A DNA stretch of 64,000 nt, taken from assembly GCA_016188215.1 (NCBI GenBank), contig JACPIF010000011.1:172159-236158 (forward strand), read 5' to 3'. The position numbers were made by a program, and so were the translations under genes. Every line of letters begins with the position of its first letter. Position 1 is the first letter of the stretch. A model generated the notes under the pieces. It was not told the origin of the DNA and searched no databases. It saw nothing but the letters and a program-made list of their open reading frames with translations. This document shows positions 49,121-58,885 of the stretch, one piece after another. Origin of the DNA: Candidatus Woesearchaeota archaeon. GTDB taxonomy: Archaea > Nanobdellota > Nanobdellia > Woesearchaeales > JACPIF01.

Positions 49121-49717
49121 ATGAAAAACCAAACTTTCAGATTTTATGCAGTACTATTCATAATAGGATTAATATTAGCTTTGGTTGCCATTGGTGTTAT
49201 CTCTCCGGTGGAAACAATCCAGGTTAACCCATCGCTTAAAGTTGATAAAAACCTTGATTGCCAGTCCGTGTCTTACGAGGAATTAGCGCCAGTATATGAG
49301 AATGTCACTGAACAAAGAGAGATTTGGGGCACTTGTCAGGTATTTTCTGTTGAAAACCAGACGAATCAGCCAAAACCCTGTATTACAGCTAATGAAACAT
49401 ATATTGTTACAATCCAGACAGGCTATCAAAATGTAACCAAACAAAGGCAAGAGTGTGCTGAAGACTCATACACTATAACTGCAAATTCAATCACTGAAGA
49501 TATAATATATAAGCAATTTGGAAGGTGCTCTTACCAGAATATTACAGATGGTATAGTTATCACCTGCGACAGCAAATATGATGGCAATGGGGACGGAAAA
49601 TGCCAGTCCGGAGAAAGCTGCTGCAGCTACACAGTAACCTCTGCAGGAATACAATCAAACTGTGATCTTGACTCTGCGTTCGTAGAGCAGTCAAAGCCTC
49701 TGGAGGTGCGAAAATGA
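49121..49717 (+). CDS. Membrane-anchored Cys-rich protein
   Basis: N-terminal TM; CDSKYDGNGDGKCQSGESC motif; GGAGG SD. Confidence 0.75.
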   Translation: MKNQTFRFYAVLFIIGLILALVAIGVISPVETIQVNPSLKVDKNLDCQSVSYEELAPVYENVTEQREIWGTCQVFSVENQTNQPKPCITANETYIVTIQTGYQNVTKQRQECAEDSYTITANSITEDIIYKQFGRCSYQNITDGIVITCDSKYDGNGDGKCQSGESCCSYTVTSAGIQSNCDLDSAFVEQSKPLEVRK

Positions 49718-51315
49718 AAACAATAACCTTTATCTTATTATCTGTAACTATTTTAGCAGTTTTAAGCTTAAATGCATTAGCTGCTCAGACAAGATGTGAC
49801 ATTTATTTTAATGAAACAGGAGGGTTTGGCAGTGAAAGAGAATTAGTCCATAATTTAACTGTTGCAAGCGTGCCTAATGAATGTAACTGGAGGGGGAATA
49901 CAAGTTCTCTAAGATTTTATTGTAATGACGAAGCAGTCCCATTTGAGCTTAATGCAAGCAATGAAACTGTTAGATTCATACTTACAAATCTCTCTGCTTC
50001 TCATACTAACAGTAAGCCATGCTATTATACTTTTAATGATACTGCTGGAATATCTTCAGCTAATGTATCTATTATTCAGGTATGGTTTGATGGAGGCGAT
50101 TCTAAGGGTAGTAGTGGAGATTGTCCTCTGGGGACCACGTCTTCTGCTTGGGCTTATAGTGGGGAAAAATCCTGCATATTAACAGCCCTACAGAATTGGA
50201 ATACTGGAATTAATTACAAGACTTTTTGCTATACATCTAATGCAGCCTCAGGAAGCAATTACAATGATTACCAGGGTGATGTCAATGACAACTTCAGATT
50301 CTTTGCAGACACCACAGATAATATAGGATGCACCGCCGCTGATAATGTATGGTGTAACTCTTCAGGAGTTGCTCTTAGCCAAACTCCATTTAATCTAAAT
50401 ACTCCAGAAATTATCTGTTTTAATACAACGAGTGCAACAGATAGAACTGGGGAATATCATAAGAATGGAACTCAGTTCAATAACACCGCTTCTGGAGCAG
50501 CTCACACATCCCTTACAAATTATAAGGTTCAAGGCAACGGACCCTATACTAAATATTTTGATGAAGTGTTTATAAGCAACACCTATCATTTCCTCATGTA
50601 TCCGAACCACCTGAAGATTGGTGTTGTTTTAGCACCGCCATCTGGACCCGACGTGCCTCCAGCAATTACATTTTATAACATGACCTCCTCTGGGGGCTGC
50701 GGCGCATGGAATACTAACAAATCAGCACCTTGCACCACAGAAGATACAACTCCAACAGTAAATGCTACAATCAACGAAGCCGCCTATTGTAGGATAGGCG
50801 TGTCTGATGTCAACTATACAGCAATGGGTGATCTGAGAAACTGCACGGGTGGCAACACGGTAAGCCATATATGCAGTTTAACAGATTCAGATGCAATAAC
50901 CTCTTTAGAGGCAAATATCTACATAAGCTGTAAGGACACTGCAGGCAATGAGAATATCACCAGCACATCAGGTGCCCTAAAAATGAATATTACGCCTGCT
51001 AACGAATCAATAGGGGACGCCCAAATAGAGTCTGGGATTAATTCCAGCCTAATAAGTGGGGCCAATATTCTGAGCAGCCAACAGGTTTATATTAGAACAT
51101 TAACAAACAGCCAAACTTTAGGTAGGTTTGACAAGGTAGCTATCTCAGGAAGCCAACGATGGGCATTCAATTATATATCTTTGAATGAGACCACAAGCCA
51201 GTTCACCAACATGGTTAATATAACACCAAGCTTTTATGTGCTTGAAATAGCCAACAGAACTAGCACTAATATAAGCAGGACGATTAGTGCTTTTATTAAT
51301 GCGACTAAGCAGTGA
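49714..51315 (+). CDS. Secreted glycoprotein-like protein
   Basis: Signal peptide; many sequons; ISCKDTAGN Ig-like motif. Confidence 0.75.
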   Translation: MKTITFILLSVTILAVLSLNALAAQTRCDIYFNETGGFGSERELVHNLTVASVPNECNWRGNTSSLRFYCNDEAVPFELNASNETVRFILTNLSASHTNSKPCYYTFNDTAGISSANVSIIQVWFDGGDSKGSSGDCPLGTTSSAWAYSGEKSCILTALQNWNTGINYKTFCYTSNAASGSNYNDYQGDVNDNFRFFADTTDNIGCTAADNVWCNSSGVALSQTPFNLNTPEIICFNTTSATDRTGEYHKNGTQFNNTASGAAHTSLTNYKVQGNGPYTKYFDEVFISNTYHFLMYPNHLKIGVVLAPPSGPDVPPAITFYNMTSSGGCGAWNTNKSAPCTTEDTTPTVNATINEAAYCRIGVSDVNYTAMGDLRNCTGGNTVSHICSLTDSDAITSLEANIYISCKDTAGNENITSTSGALKMNITPANESIGDAQIESGINSSLISGANILSSQQVYIRTLTNSQTLGRFDKVAISGSQRWAFNYISLNETTSQFTNMVNITPSFYVLEIANRTSTNISRTISAFINATKQ

Positions 51316-51325
51316 GGTGAAAGAG

Positions 51326-51895
51326 ATGACTGCGTCAGAAATTCTTGAATACGTCCTTGAGCTGTTCTACCTGATGCTCCCCGGTATTCTTGCAAATATG
51401 ATGCCTGTGCTCGCAGCCAGATGGAAAATCCTTAATTTCCTGGCAAAGCCCATAGATTCAAATAAGAAATGGCTGGACAACAAGCCTATCTTAGGGAAGC
51501 ATAAGACATATCGCGGATTTATACTTGGTATTGCAGTTGCCATGCTCGTAGCATTCATCCAATTCAAGCTCTATAATCTGTTTGTCTTCAAATCTTTAAG
51601 CATCATCCCCTATGACAGATACAACCCGTTTCTTTTAGGCTTCCTTATAGGATTCGGCGTCCTGCTCGGCGATTCAGTAAAGAGCTTTTTCAAGCGCAGG
51701 CTCAACATAAAGCCCGGCAAGCCTTTCTTCCCGTTTGACCAGATAGATTCAGTCATTGGGGGCCTTTTGTTTGTCAGCATCATTTATATACCTACATTCA
51801 AATTAGTAGTTTCACTGCTGGCATTGAGCCTTGTAACGCATCTTGCGGTGAGGACCATAGGCTATTACACCGGCATCAGCAAGGAACGATGGTAA
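51326..51895 (+). CDS. carS: CDP-archaeol synthase
   Basis: LPGILANMMPV, GKHKTYRG and GDSVKSFFKRR..PFDQID motifs. Confidence 0.88.
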   Translation: MTASEILEYVLELFYLMLPGILANMMPVLAARWKILNFLAKPIDSNKKWLDNKPILGKHKTYRGFILGIAVAMLVAFIQFKLYNLFVFKSLSIIPYDRYNPFLLGFLIGFGVLLGDSVKSFFKRRLNIKPGKPFFPFDQIDSVIGGLLFVSIIYIPTFKLVVSLLALSLVTHLAVRTIGYYTGISKERW

Positions 51896-52521
51896 AAGGA
51901 AAAGCAATGCAGGGCCTAAAGAAGTTACAAACTTCTCCCAACCTGCAGATATACCGCAAGCTGCTTCATTTATTGATGGGTGCAGCTGCCTTGCTTATTG
52001 GTTTCTCGGTTGCCCAATTTTATGGCCTGGAAGTCTTGCTTTATGGTGCATTTATATGTTTCATTATTCTGCTCCTCATTGATTTGCTGAGGGTAGAATA
52101 CAAGGTGAACTTCCCGCTTTACTCGCTGTTCACAAAGGAGAAAGAAAAGACAAATTTGCACGCCTTAACCTTTGCATTTCTCGCGGCAATAATAGTGATT
52201 ATGATGTACGAGTTCAAAATTGCCCTGGCAGCGGTGGCCATGTCAATCTTCAGCGACGGCATAGCCGCAATCATCGGCATCAGGTTTGGCAGGCATAGGA
52301 TATGGAATGGCAAGTCAATAGAAGGCTCTTTAGCTTCATTGGCTACAAACCTTCTCATAGGCTATTTCATTGTAGGGGCATGGTACATCTTTATCCCAAT
52401 GGCAGTCATCGCCACTTTAACAGAACTCGTCATCACGCATATGGATGATAACTTTGTTGTCCCGATTTTTTCCGGCTTTGTAGGCCAGCTTATTTTATTG
52501 CTAACCGTAGTCTACCTTTAG
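51889..52521 (+). CDS. Dolichol/phytol kinase-like CTP-dependent membrane kinase
   Basis: RKLLHL, SDGIAAIIG..G.KSIEGS and DDNFVVP motifs. Confidence 0.85.
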   Translation: MVKGKAMQGLKKLQTSPNLQIYRKLLHLLMGAAALLIGFSVAQFYGLEVLLYGAFICFIILLLIDLLRVEYKVNFPLYSLFTKEKEKTNLHALTFAFLAAIIVIMMYEFKIALAAVAMSIFSDGIAAIIGIRFGRHRIWNGKSIEGSLASLATNLLIGYFIVGAWYIFIPMAVIATLTELVITHMDDNFVVPIFSGFVGQLILLLTVVYL

Positions 52522-52792
52522 GACCCATCTTAAGAAATCGGTAAGCTGCAATGCTTCCCAATGGTACACCAAGGAGAAAAAGAGAACTTAATAAAAATAC
52601 ATACTCTCGGTAAAGCACTGCATACGCAAGAGAAGCAACCAATCCCAGCCCAAGCACGATACTCATAACCTTAAAATACTTCATCCCTTTCTTCAATTCT
52701 TCTGGAGCAATAAAAGCGACAATAATTCCAGCTGGAAACCCTAACAGAGAAGCAAGAAAAGCAATCCCTAGCGCCATATGCTGTGTCCCCAC
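52490..52792 (-). CDS. Small membrane protein
   Basis: Hydrophobic ORF with APEELKKGMKYF; start probably at an internal ATG. Confidence 0.65.
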   Translation of the reverse strand: MGTQHMALGIAFLASLLGFPAGIIVAFIAPEELKKGMKYFKVMSIVLGLGLVASLAYAVLYREYVFLLSSLFLLGVPLGSIAAYRFLKMGPKGRLRLAIK

Positions 52793-53037
52793 TGCACCAG
52801 CAAGTCTACGCCTAGTTTCTGGACCTCAAGCGGCAAATCGCATGCACCGAAGCAGCTCCCTGCCCAGATGATAACGTCAGCATCTGTATTCTCTTTAATA
52901 TAGTCCTGGATAACCTTCCCTTTATTTTTCAGGCCATCAGGAAGCTGCACACAAACCAGTTTGGCATTCTCCTTCTTTATGCGCTCAGCTACCTTCTCCA
53001 GTTCAAGGTCATATTCTTCTAAGGCTAATTGTTCCAT
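52768..53037 (-). CDS. dph2: Diphthamide synthesis protein Dph2, N-terminal domain only (89 aa)
   Basis: VQLPDGLK, CFGACD and QWGHS motifs, then a stop. Confidence 0.85.
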   Translation of the reverse strand: MEQLALEEYDLELEKVAERIKKENAKLVCVQLPDGLKNKGKVIQDYIKENTDADVIIWAGSCFGACDLPLEVQKLGVDLLVQWGHSIWR

Positions 53038-53093
53038 GGCGAATGGTAATGTGTATTAATATAAAAGATTATTGATACAATAAAATGGAGCAA

Positions 53094-53297
53094 GTAGTCG
53101 GTGAGCTAAAGCTCACCTCCGTGGTTACGTGGGTCCGCGAACCGCGATTGTATTGCAGAATCGCGGACATTTGGCACAGGAGACGAGATAAATCTCGTCT
53201 CAACCTGCAGATGTTAAGTTTCAATCATCCAATTAGAAAGGTAAATGGGCACGGCATGAGGAAAAGAGGTGTCAAAACCGCATGCCGTGCCGCATTT
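53094..53297. repeat. Modular REP-like palindromic element B
   Basis: GTAG-TC-GGTGAGC-TAAA-GCTCACC; GTCCGCGA..TCGCGGAC; GAGACGAGA-TAAA-TCTCGTCTC; GGCACGGCATG..CATGCCGTGCC. Confidence 0.75.
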
Positions 53298-53307
53298 AAT
53301 ATGAATA

Positions 53308-53448
53308 TCAGTCTTCTACAAACAAATCATCCATCTCATATCTTGATATCTTGCGCTTGTTCAGCGCGCTCATCACCGGCTTCTTTTTCTTCCCGGTTAT
53401 CTCGTCCATGAGATACTCTTCCTTTTCGTCATCAAACTCTTCAAGCAT
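53308..53448 (-). CDS. Small charged protein (46 aa)
   Basis: MLEEFDDEKEEYLMDEITGKKKK...FVED; AGGTGA SD. Confidence 0.55.
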   Translation of the reverse strand: MLEEFDDEKEEYLMDEITGKKKKPVMSALNKRKISRYEMDDLFVED

Positions 53449-53452
53449 TATT

Positions 53453-53983
53453 TCACCTTTGAGTTACACAGGCAGGGTCCCGCGCAATAAGAGCAGGTTG
53501 ATTTTGAGTGACTATAATCTGCGGAATGAGGGGAACCTCAACATAGTTAGTGAATAATCCGGGATCTGCTCGGTAGGCTGCAGTAAGAGCATTTGAGATT
53601 TCCAGTCGTGTTGAAGAGGCTCCTTTGCAATCTGCAACTAATACGCCCAGCCCACTTTGGTAAGGGGCAGGAGCTCCTATAGTGCTATCTAACACTTCAG
53701 GAACTCTCATTTTTTCAACAGGGAATGGTTGCCCAAATCTGCCAGAACGATAAACAAGTTGAGCAGTAGGATTTTCACCAGGGTGATAGGCAACTGCAAC
53801 TGGTTCATATCCTCTTATAACAAAACTAACTGGGATTGCAGTTACTACTAATGCTCCAAGTGTTGTAATTGTACCGATAACTAGATTACGGAAGCTAAAA
53901 GTACTTGGTTCAGATGAACCTGAAATAGGCTCTCTAAATCTATCAGACGTAGGGCCTTGCCCCATATAAATCGGTTTTTTCAT
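53453..53983 (-). CDS. Hypothetical single-TM protein
   Basis: 176-aa ORF. Confidence 0.6.
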   Translation of the reverse strand: MKKPIYMGQGPTSDRFREPISGSSEPSTFSFRNLVIGTITTLGALVVTAIPVSFVIRGYEPVAVAYHPGENPTAQLVYRSGRFGQPFPVEKMRVPEVLDSTIGAPAPYQSGLGVLVADCKGASSTRLEISNALTAAYRADPGLFTNYVEVPLIPQIIVTQNQPALIARDPACVTQR

Positions 53984-54144
53984 AACATACCCCCATTATA
54001 TATCAAATATACTAAAACAGCTACTATTTAAACCTTTCTATATTTAGTCCCTCCACAGTAATAACTATAGTAAGATAGAGCTGTTTTACCCATGTCATAG
54101 CTCATAAAAACCTTAATATAGCTTAGAGCATAGTACAAGAACAA

Positions 54145-55263
54145 ATGGACTCCAATACTGTTATTCTCCTCCTCAATACCTTTGCCTTCCTTTCACTCTC
54201 AGCTCTCTGCTCCTACATATTCCTTCAGTGGCACAAGAAGAGGCATCCCTGCACCCTAGGCAGGACTCTCCTCATAGACTCTCTTTTCTTTCTTTTCTTC
54301 GCTATTCTCTCAGGCGCCTGGAGCCTGAAATTAATCATTCCTGCTGAATCAGATGCAGGCATCATCTACACCATCTTCATTTTAGGCCTTACCGCAACAT
54401 ACCTCATCACTGTCTACCAGCTCACTCGTTTCAGGAATATCTATCTTATAGCTTTCCTCTATGCACTCTCCATCCTGGGAGCATACTACACTTTTGCGCA
54501 ATTTACCGCAAGCATAACATTCCTTTCAATTGCTGTCATGGCGCTCGCTTCTCTTGACCTGGTCTTTTTCACCAGCGATTACCTGAAAAAAGCAGGCTTT
54601 GCCGGCCTTGCCTTCTTTACTGCAAGCCTTGCCATATCCCTTCTAAGCTCCACCAATCTGGGTATTGCATGGTTCATCCCATTATCTTTCTTATGCCTCT
54701 TTTACTATTATATCTCAAAAGACCCATTTGTCTGCGAGTTCACGCATGAGCATCCTCCTGCAAGCCATTCGCTTATAAAAAGCACGCTCAAGCTGCTCGG
54801 CTACAGCTGCTCGCTCACCTTTATCATACTCTTTGCTGTAATTGCCATACATGAGCTGGGCCACGCATTGGCAGCAGAATATTACGGCTGCGAGAGTGCA
54901 AAAGCAGTTGTCTATGACATGCTTGCCCTGCCGCATACAGAAATCAAGTGCCAGAATGCCCCGGTAAACATGACGCTCATAACCCTTGCCGGATTGGTTA
55001 TCACGCTGCTTATTGGATTCCTTATATTGTTGGTAAGGCTTGACGGCGCATCATTCAGCCTGCTCTTCCTCAGCTTCTCAATATTCCTGTCTTATGGCGA
55101 CCTGATTGAGATGGGCGTCTCAGCAAGCATTGTACTGTTCCTTTATCTGATAGCCATTAGCATGCTGGTCTATGGTTATCTAAGCCTGACACAGGAGTAC
55201 CTAAAGAAAAATCAAATGCTGTGTGATCAGCCTGATGAGACGCTTGGCACGGCAGTCAAATAA
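54145..55263 (+). CDS. Polytopic membrane protein with C-terminal M50-like HELGH domain
   Basis: Many TM segments; IHELGHAL..ITLAG..YGD. Confidence 0.7.
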   Translation: MDSNTVILLLNTFAFLSLSALCSYIFLQWHKKRHPCTLGRTLLIDSLFFLFFAILSGAWSLKLIIPAESDAGIIYTIFILGLTATYLITVYQLTRFRNIYLIAFLYALSILGAYYTFAQFTASITFLSIAVMALASLDLVFFTSDYLKKAGFAGLAFFTASLAISLLSSTNLGIAWFIPLSFLCLFYYYISKDPFVCEFTHEHPPASHSLIKSTLKLLGYSCSLTFIILFAVIAIHELGHALAAEYYGCESAKAVVYDMLALPHTEIKCQNAPVNMTLITLAGLVITLLIGFLILLVRLDGASFSLLFLSFSIFLSYGDLIEMGVSASIVLFLYLIAISMLVYGYLSLTQEYLKKNQMLCDQPDETLGTAVK

Positions 55264-55271
55264 TTACTTGA

Positions 55272-55679
55272 CTACCTGATCCTTGCCGTCAAAAACTTCA
55301 GCAGGGCAATCTGAGTCTCAACCCTGGTGCTGCACTTCCTGACAGCATCCCCTAATGCAGGCTCTTGCAGGGATTCTGTTATCCATGTGCTGAAATCATT
55401 CCGCTCTTCTGTAACATGATGGAAAAAGCTCTCATCACTCATTGAGGCTAGCGCATCAACCAGCTCATAGATGCTGCGCAGGCTCCTTCCGTCTACAGTA
55501 ATGAAATACTGCTCGCTCGGTATGGTGCCCAGCACATATTTCCTGACATTTTCCACAAAATCAGGTTTAACAGCTGCCGCCCTTTGTAGAGCACTGCGCC
55601 CTCTCCTGATATCCCTTCTCACGGCCTTCACCGTATGCTTTATCCTTCTGCTCTTTAGTTTCATTCTCATATATCCCAC
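55272..55679 (-). CDS. DUF5752-like domain protein
   Basis: F..DGRSLRSIYEL..FFHHV..RNDFSTWI. Confidence 0.75.
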   Translation of the reverse strand: MGYMRMKLKSRRIKHTVKAVRRDIRRGRSALQRAAAVKPDFVENVRKYVLGTIPSEQYFITVDGRSLRSIYELVDALASMSDESFFHHVTEERNDFSTWITESLQEPALGDAVRKCSTRVETQIALLKFLTARIR

Positions 55680-55680
55680 C

Positions 55681-56382
55681 TCATATTCTTAATACAATCC
55701 CTAATAATCCGACAATGACTGCCCCAACGATAAGCCCCTGCACGAACTCTTTGGTGAATATGCTGTTCTGCTGCCCGGAGACTTCCTCCATCTTCCTGTG
55801 CAGCCTCTCCTCAAGCTTTGTCACACGTGCAATTGCAGTATGCATTTCCTGCTCCTGCTTGCCAGCCTGGCTCAGTTTTGCTGACATTGCCTGCTCAAGC
55901 TCTTTCAATTGGGCAAGCACAGCCCGCTCTTCTGCCAGCTTATCAGTCGGTTCCGATGGCATGCTTCTTGCAAGTATCCGTTTAACAATGCCCTGCTTCC
56001 CCAGGGCTTCCCTTCCCTTCATCTGCGCCCGCGACAATGCATTTTTGATTTTGATCCGTATCTTGCTTTCTTCATTGCTCTTTTCAAGATTCTCCCTTAT
56101 CAGTTCCTTCTCCAATATTGAAATTAGCTCATGCCTTCCTTTGGCTGAGAGCGCCTTGTGCGCCACATTATAGTCTCCGAATATGTCCCGTATCCATGTA
56201 CTGAAATCATTCCGGTGCGCATTCACATGATGATGGTAAACATGCTCGCTCATGCTTTTGAGCGCCTGCAGCAAGTCGTTGACATTTCTCAGCACTCTTC
56301 CATCAGACAGGTGGAAATAGAACTCAGGCGACGCATCCCGCAGCAGCAGGTCCTCATCAGGCAGCTCAAACTCAGATTTCAT
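55681..56382 (-). CDS. DUF5752-like domain + coiled coil + C-terminal TM
   Basis: FHLSDGRVL..HHHVNAHRNDFSTWI. Confidence 0.75.
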   Translation of the reverse strand: MKSEFELPDEDLLLRDASPEFYFHLSDGRVLRNVNDLLQALKSMSEHVYHHHVNAHRNDFSTWIRDIFGDYNVAHKALSAKGRHELISILEKELIRENLEKSNEESKIRIKIKNALSRAQMKGREALGKQGIVKRILARSMPSEPTDKLAEERAVLAQLKELEQAMSAKLSQAGKQEQEMHTAIARVTKLEERLHRKMEEVSGQQNSIFTKEFVQGLIVGAVIVGLLGIVLRI

Positions 56383-56448
56383 ACCAACCCTCTTTATATG
56401 AAGAATCTATTGGTTTTATTATATAAATGTATCCTGTTCCATTCAAAT

Positions 56449-56988
56449 TTAGACAGGTTCTCTTATTGCTGGAAATACCTTGGTGCACATAGGATATTTT
56501 GCGTGCGTATCTACGCTTGACATGAAGAATAGCATATCATTTCCTGCTACGAATTTTTGGATGCTTCCAGGACTGGCAATTACTATCTCCTTTCTCATAT
56601 CACTGTTGTCCAGAAATTTAGTATATTGCCTGCCGGCAGGCCCTCTCAGTTCCACAGCATCTTCAAGCTGTAATGCAGCATAAGACACTTCATGAGTAGG
56701 AGCGTTTTCCGGTGCACCTCTCCAATACATAGTTCCAGCATCATTTACAATAAGAGGCTCCATCAGCCCTGTTGATAGGTTTCTCACAAGAATGATTCTG
56801 TCTGGATTGTGCACAATGTCTGCCCTAAGCGCCCGAATATCCCTTAATGGTGAGCTGGCAATGTCATTGCCGGTAATTTCCCTTATGCTAAACAGCCTTC
56901 CTGTTTCATAGTATTGTTCCCTAGGTTGCAATTCTTGAGGTGCGCCGTGCATAACAGGTTCATTTAGCCTTAGTTCAATAGTTCTCAT
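56449..56988 (-). CDS. Hypothetical protein
   Basis: 179-aa ORF, TATA upstream. Confidence 0.6.
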   Translation of the reverse strand: MRTIELRLNEPVMHGAPQELQPREQYYETGRLFSIREITGNDIASSPLRDIRALRADIVHNPDRIILVRNLSTGLMEPLIVNDAGTMYWRGAPENAPTHEVSYAALQLEDAVELRGPAGRQYTKFLDNSDMRKEIVIASPGSIQKFVAGNDMLFFMSSVDTHAKYPMCTKVFPAIREPV

Positions 56989-57055
56989 AAATAGCAGCAG
57001 AGCAGGATGAAATATAAATCTTTCTACTTAATTAACTTGATAGTAGTAATAAAAT

Positions 57056-57367
57056 CTAATACACGAAACGCATAAATTTCTTGCACTCCATGCAATAGTA
57101 CACTACCTTCCCATTTTTTGTCCTGATCCTCACATTAGCACCAGGCATCAGGTACCGGTAGCAATGCTTGCACATCTGCCGCCTCAGCTCTTTAGGAATC
57201 CTAACCTTGTACTTCATGCTCAGCCTGCGTGCAGCCTTGACCTGCGCATGCGCCAGTTCCCTGTCTTCCCTGAACTGCTTTCGCGCCTGCGCAAACAGGC
57301 TTCTGATGTTCTCCAGCGCAAGCTGCTTCATCCATAGCGGCTTTCCATGTATCTTGCGTCGCGCCAT
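57056..57367 (-). CDS. rnp4: RNase P protein subunit Rpp21
   Basis: RRQMCKHC..PGAN.RIR..YCMEC zinc ribbon. Confidence 0.9.
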   Translation of the reverse strand: MARRKIHGKPLWMKQLALENIRSLFAQARKQFREDRELAHAQVKAARRLSMKYKVRIPKELRRQMCKHCYRYLMPGANVRIRTKNGKVVYYCMECKKFMRFVY

Positions 57368-57431
57368 ATGAAATATTGACGAGTTGCCTTTTATTTATAA
57401 TATTTGTTACTCATTACGTAAGTTACTTGGT

Positions 57432-57539
57432 CCGCTCGCTTTGCTCGCGGTTTTTAACTATTCAACATGTCCCCCGATTTTGAAGTAATACACAGTTCGG
57501 GGGACTATTCGCACCGTGCGGCGAGATTCATCTCGTCGC
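57432..57539. repeat. Modular REP-like palindromic element C
   Basis: CCGCTCGCTTTGCTCGCGG; GTCCCCCGA..TCGGGGGAC; GCGGCGAGA-TTCA-TCTCGTCGC. Confidence 0.7.
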
Positions 57540-57625
57540 TTATCCTCAAAATTTTGTCGTTTTAGTTTAAGCCTTCTCTCCTTCTCTCCACAAACCTTAT
57601 AAAAAGGTCTCTATTCAGCATCAGC

Positions 57626-58885
57626 ATGAAATGGTTCACCAGGTTCTTCACCAAAGAGAAGCCAAAGGAGCGGCCGCATCATAAAGTTCAGGTGCATGAA
57701 CTTGATGCCTGGTTCAAAGGGAAAGTCAGCTCAAAGCTGGATGCCGTACAGGATGATACCAACCGGATTCTTTCGGAATTGCGCCAGGAAATCCAGGCAA
57801 CCAGGGAAAAGCTGCATAAATTGGAAACAGCTCAATTGCAGAATCCAAACATACCGATGCGCGCCAAGCAGTTCATGGAAGGCAACCGGGAAGCATACAT
57901 CAGGGCTATCCGCCAAGTGCTGCCTGCAGTAGACGCCAGTGAGCTTGAACCATTGGAAATCCCTGCATTTACGCAGAAGGCAAAGCAGCGGTTTGAGCAT
58001 CTTGCCAGGAACGCGCATAAGCCCTACACTGTCCTGCAGGAATTCCTTGCCAACGAGGCAGCAGCAGTCGCGCGCAGCCTGAAAATTATACTTGCCGTAG
58101 TGGAAAAGCTTGAAGCCCATTACAAAGATGCAGGCCTTGCTGAAATCCAGGCAATGGAACAGTCAATCTCTGCCATCAATAATAAGATAGTGCAGAAGCA
58201 AACCCTGGCAAAATTAACAAAGCAGCTTGAGCAGGAAATAGCAGCCCTCAATACTATTGTTTCTGCCCTGGAGGCTGAAAAGCAGGCGCTCATGGCTTCA
58301 GAGCGCTATAAGCAGTACACTTTGTTAAAGCAGGAAAAGGCTGCTGCACATCAGCAGCTCAAGGAGCTTGAGCAATCGTTCATTGACCATTTCCAGGCAG
58401 TTGAGCCTGCTCTCAAGCGCTTTGCAAAGCGCTCCACGCATGAAGAGCACATCAACAGATACCTTTCGCATCCAGTGGCTGCTCTCATGGATGATGAAGT
58501 CTTGGGTATTATCCCCGTCCTACAGGCCCTGGAACAGAATATCTCCTCAAATTCAGTGCAGCTCAATGACCGCAAGGAAAAAAAGACTTTAGACAAGATT
58601 CAGCTGTTAAACCGGGCATTCCTTGCTGATTTCAGGGAAAAGCGCCAGGCAGCAGCGCATGCTATTTTAGGTATTGCAGGCAGGCTGGAGACGACAAAAG
58701 TTGAGGAAACGCTTGCTGCCCACAACCAAAAGCTCACTGATGAGCAGTATCGCCTTGAGAATAAGAGCCAGCAGCTTGCCCATGCCAGAAAAGAGCTGGA
58801 AAAGATTGATGTTGCAAGGTTTTCAGAAGACCTTGCAGCCAGGCTGTCTGTTTTCTTTAATGAGCAAGTTTCACTGACACCCTGA
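57626..58885 (+). CDS. Helical/coiled-coil hypothetical protein
   Basis: 419-aa ORF, TATA upstream. Confidence 0.75.
   Translation: MKWFTRFFTKEKPKERPHHKVQVHELDAWFKGKVSSKLDAVQDDTNRILSELRQEIQATREKLHKLETAQLQNPNIPMRAKQFMEGNREAYIRAIRQVLPAVDASELEPLEIPAFTQKAKQRFEHLARNAHKPYTVLQEFLANEAAAVARSLKIILAVVEKLEAHYKDAGLAEIQAMEQSISAINNKIVQKQTLAKLTKQLEQEIAALNTIVSALEAEKQALMASERYKQYTLLKQEKAAAHQQLKELEQSFIDHFQAVEPALKRFAKRSTHEEHINRYLSHPVAALMDDEVLGIIPVLQALEQNISSNSVQLNDRKEKKTLDKIQLLNRAFLADFREKRQAAAHAILGIAGRLETTKVEETLAAHNQKLTDEQYRLENKSQQLAHARKELEKIDVARFSEDLAARLSVFFNEQVSLTP

Larger units (their letters stand above)
40800..51315 (+). other. AT-rich island of co-oriented secreted/surface protein genes
   Basis: Visible composition shift; eight coupled ORFs with signal peptides, located between pssA and carS. 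Confidence 0.75.
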
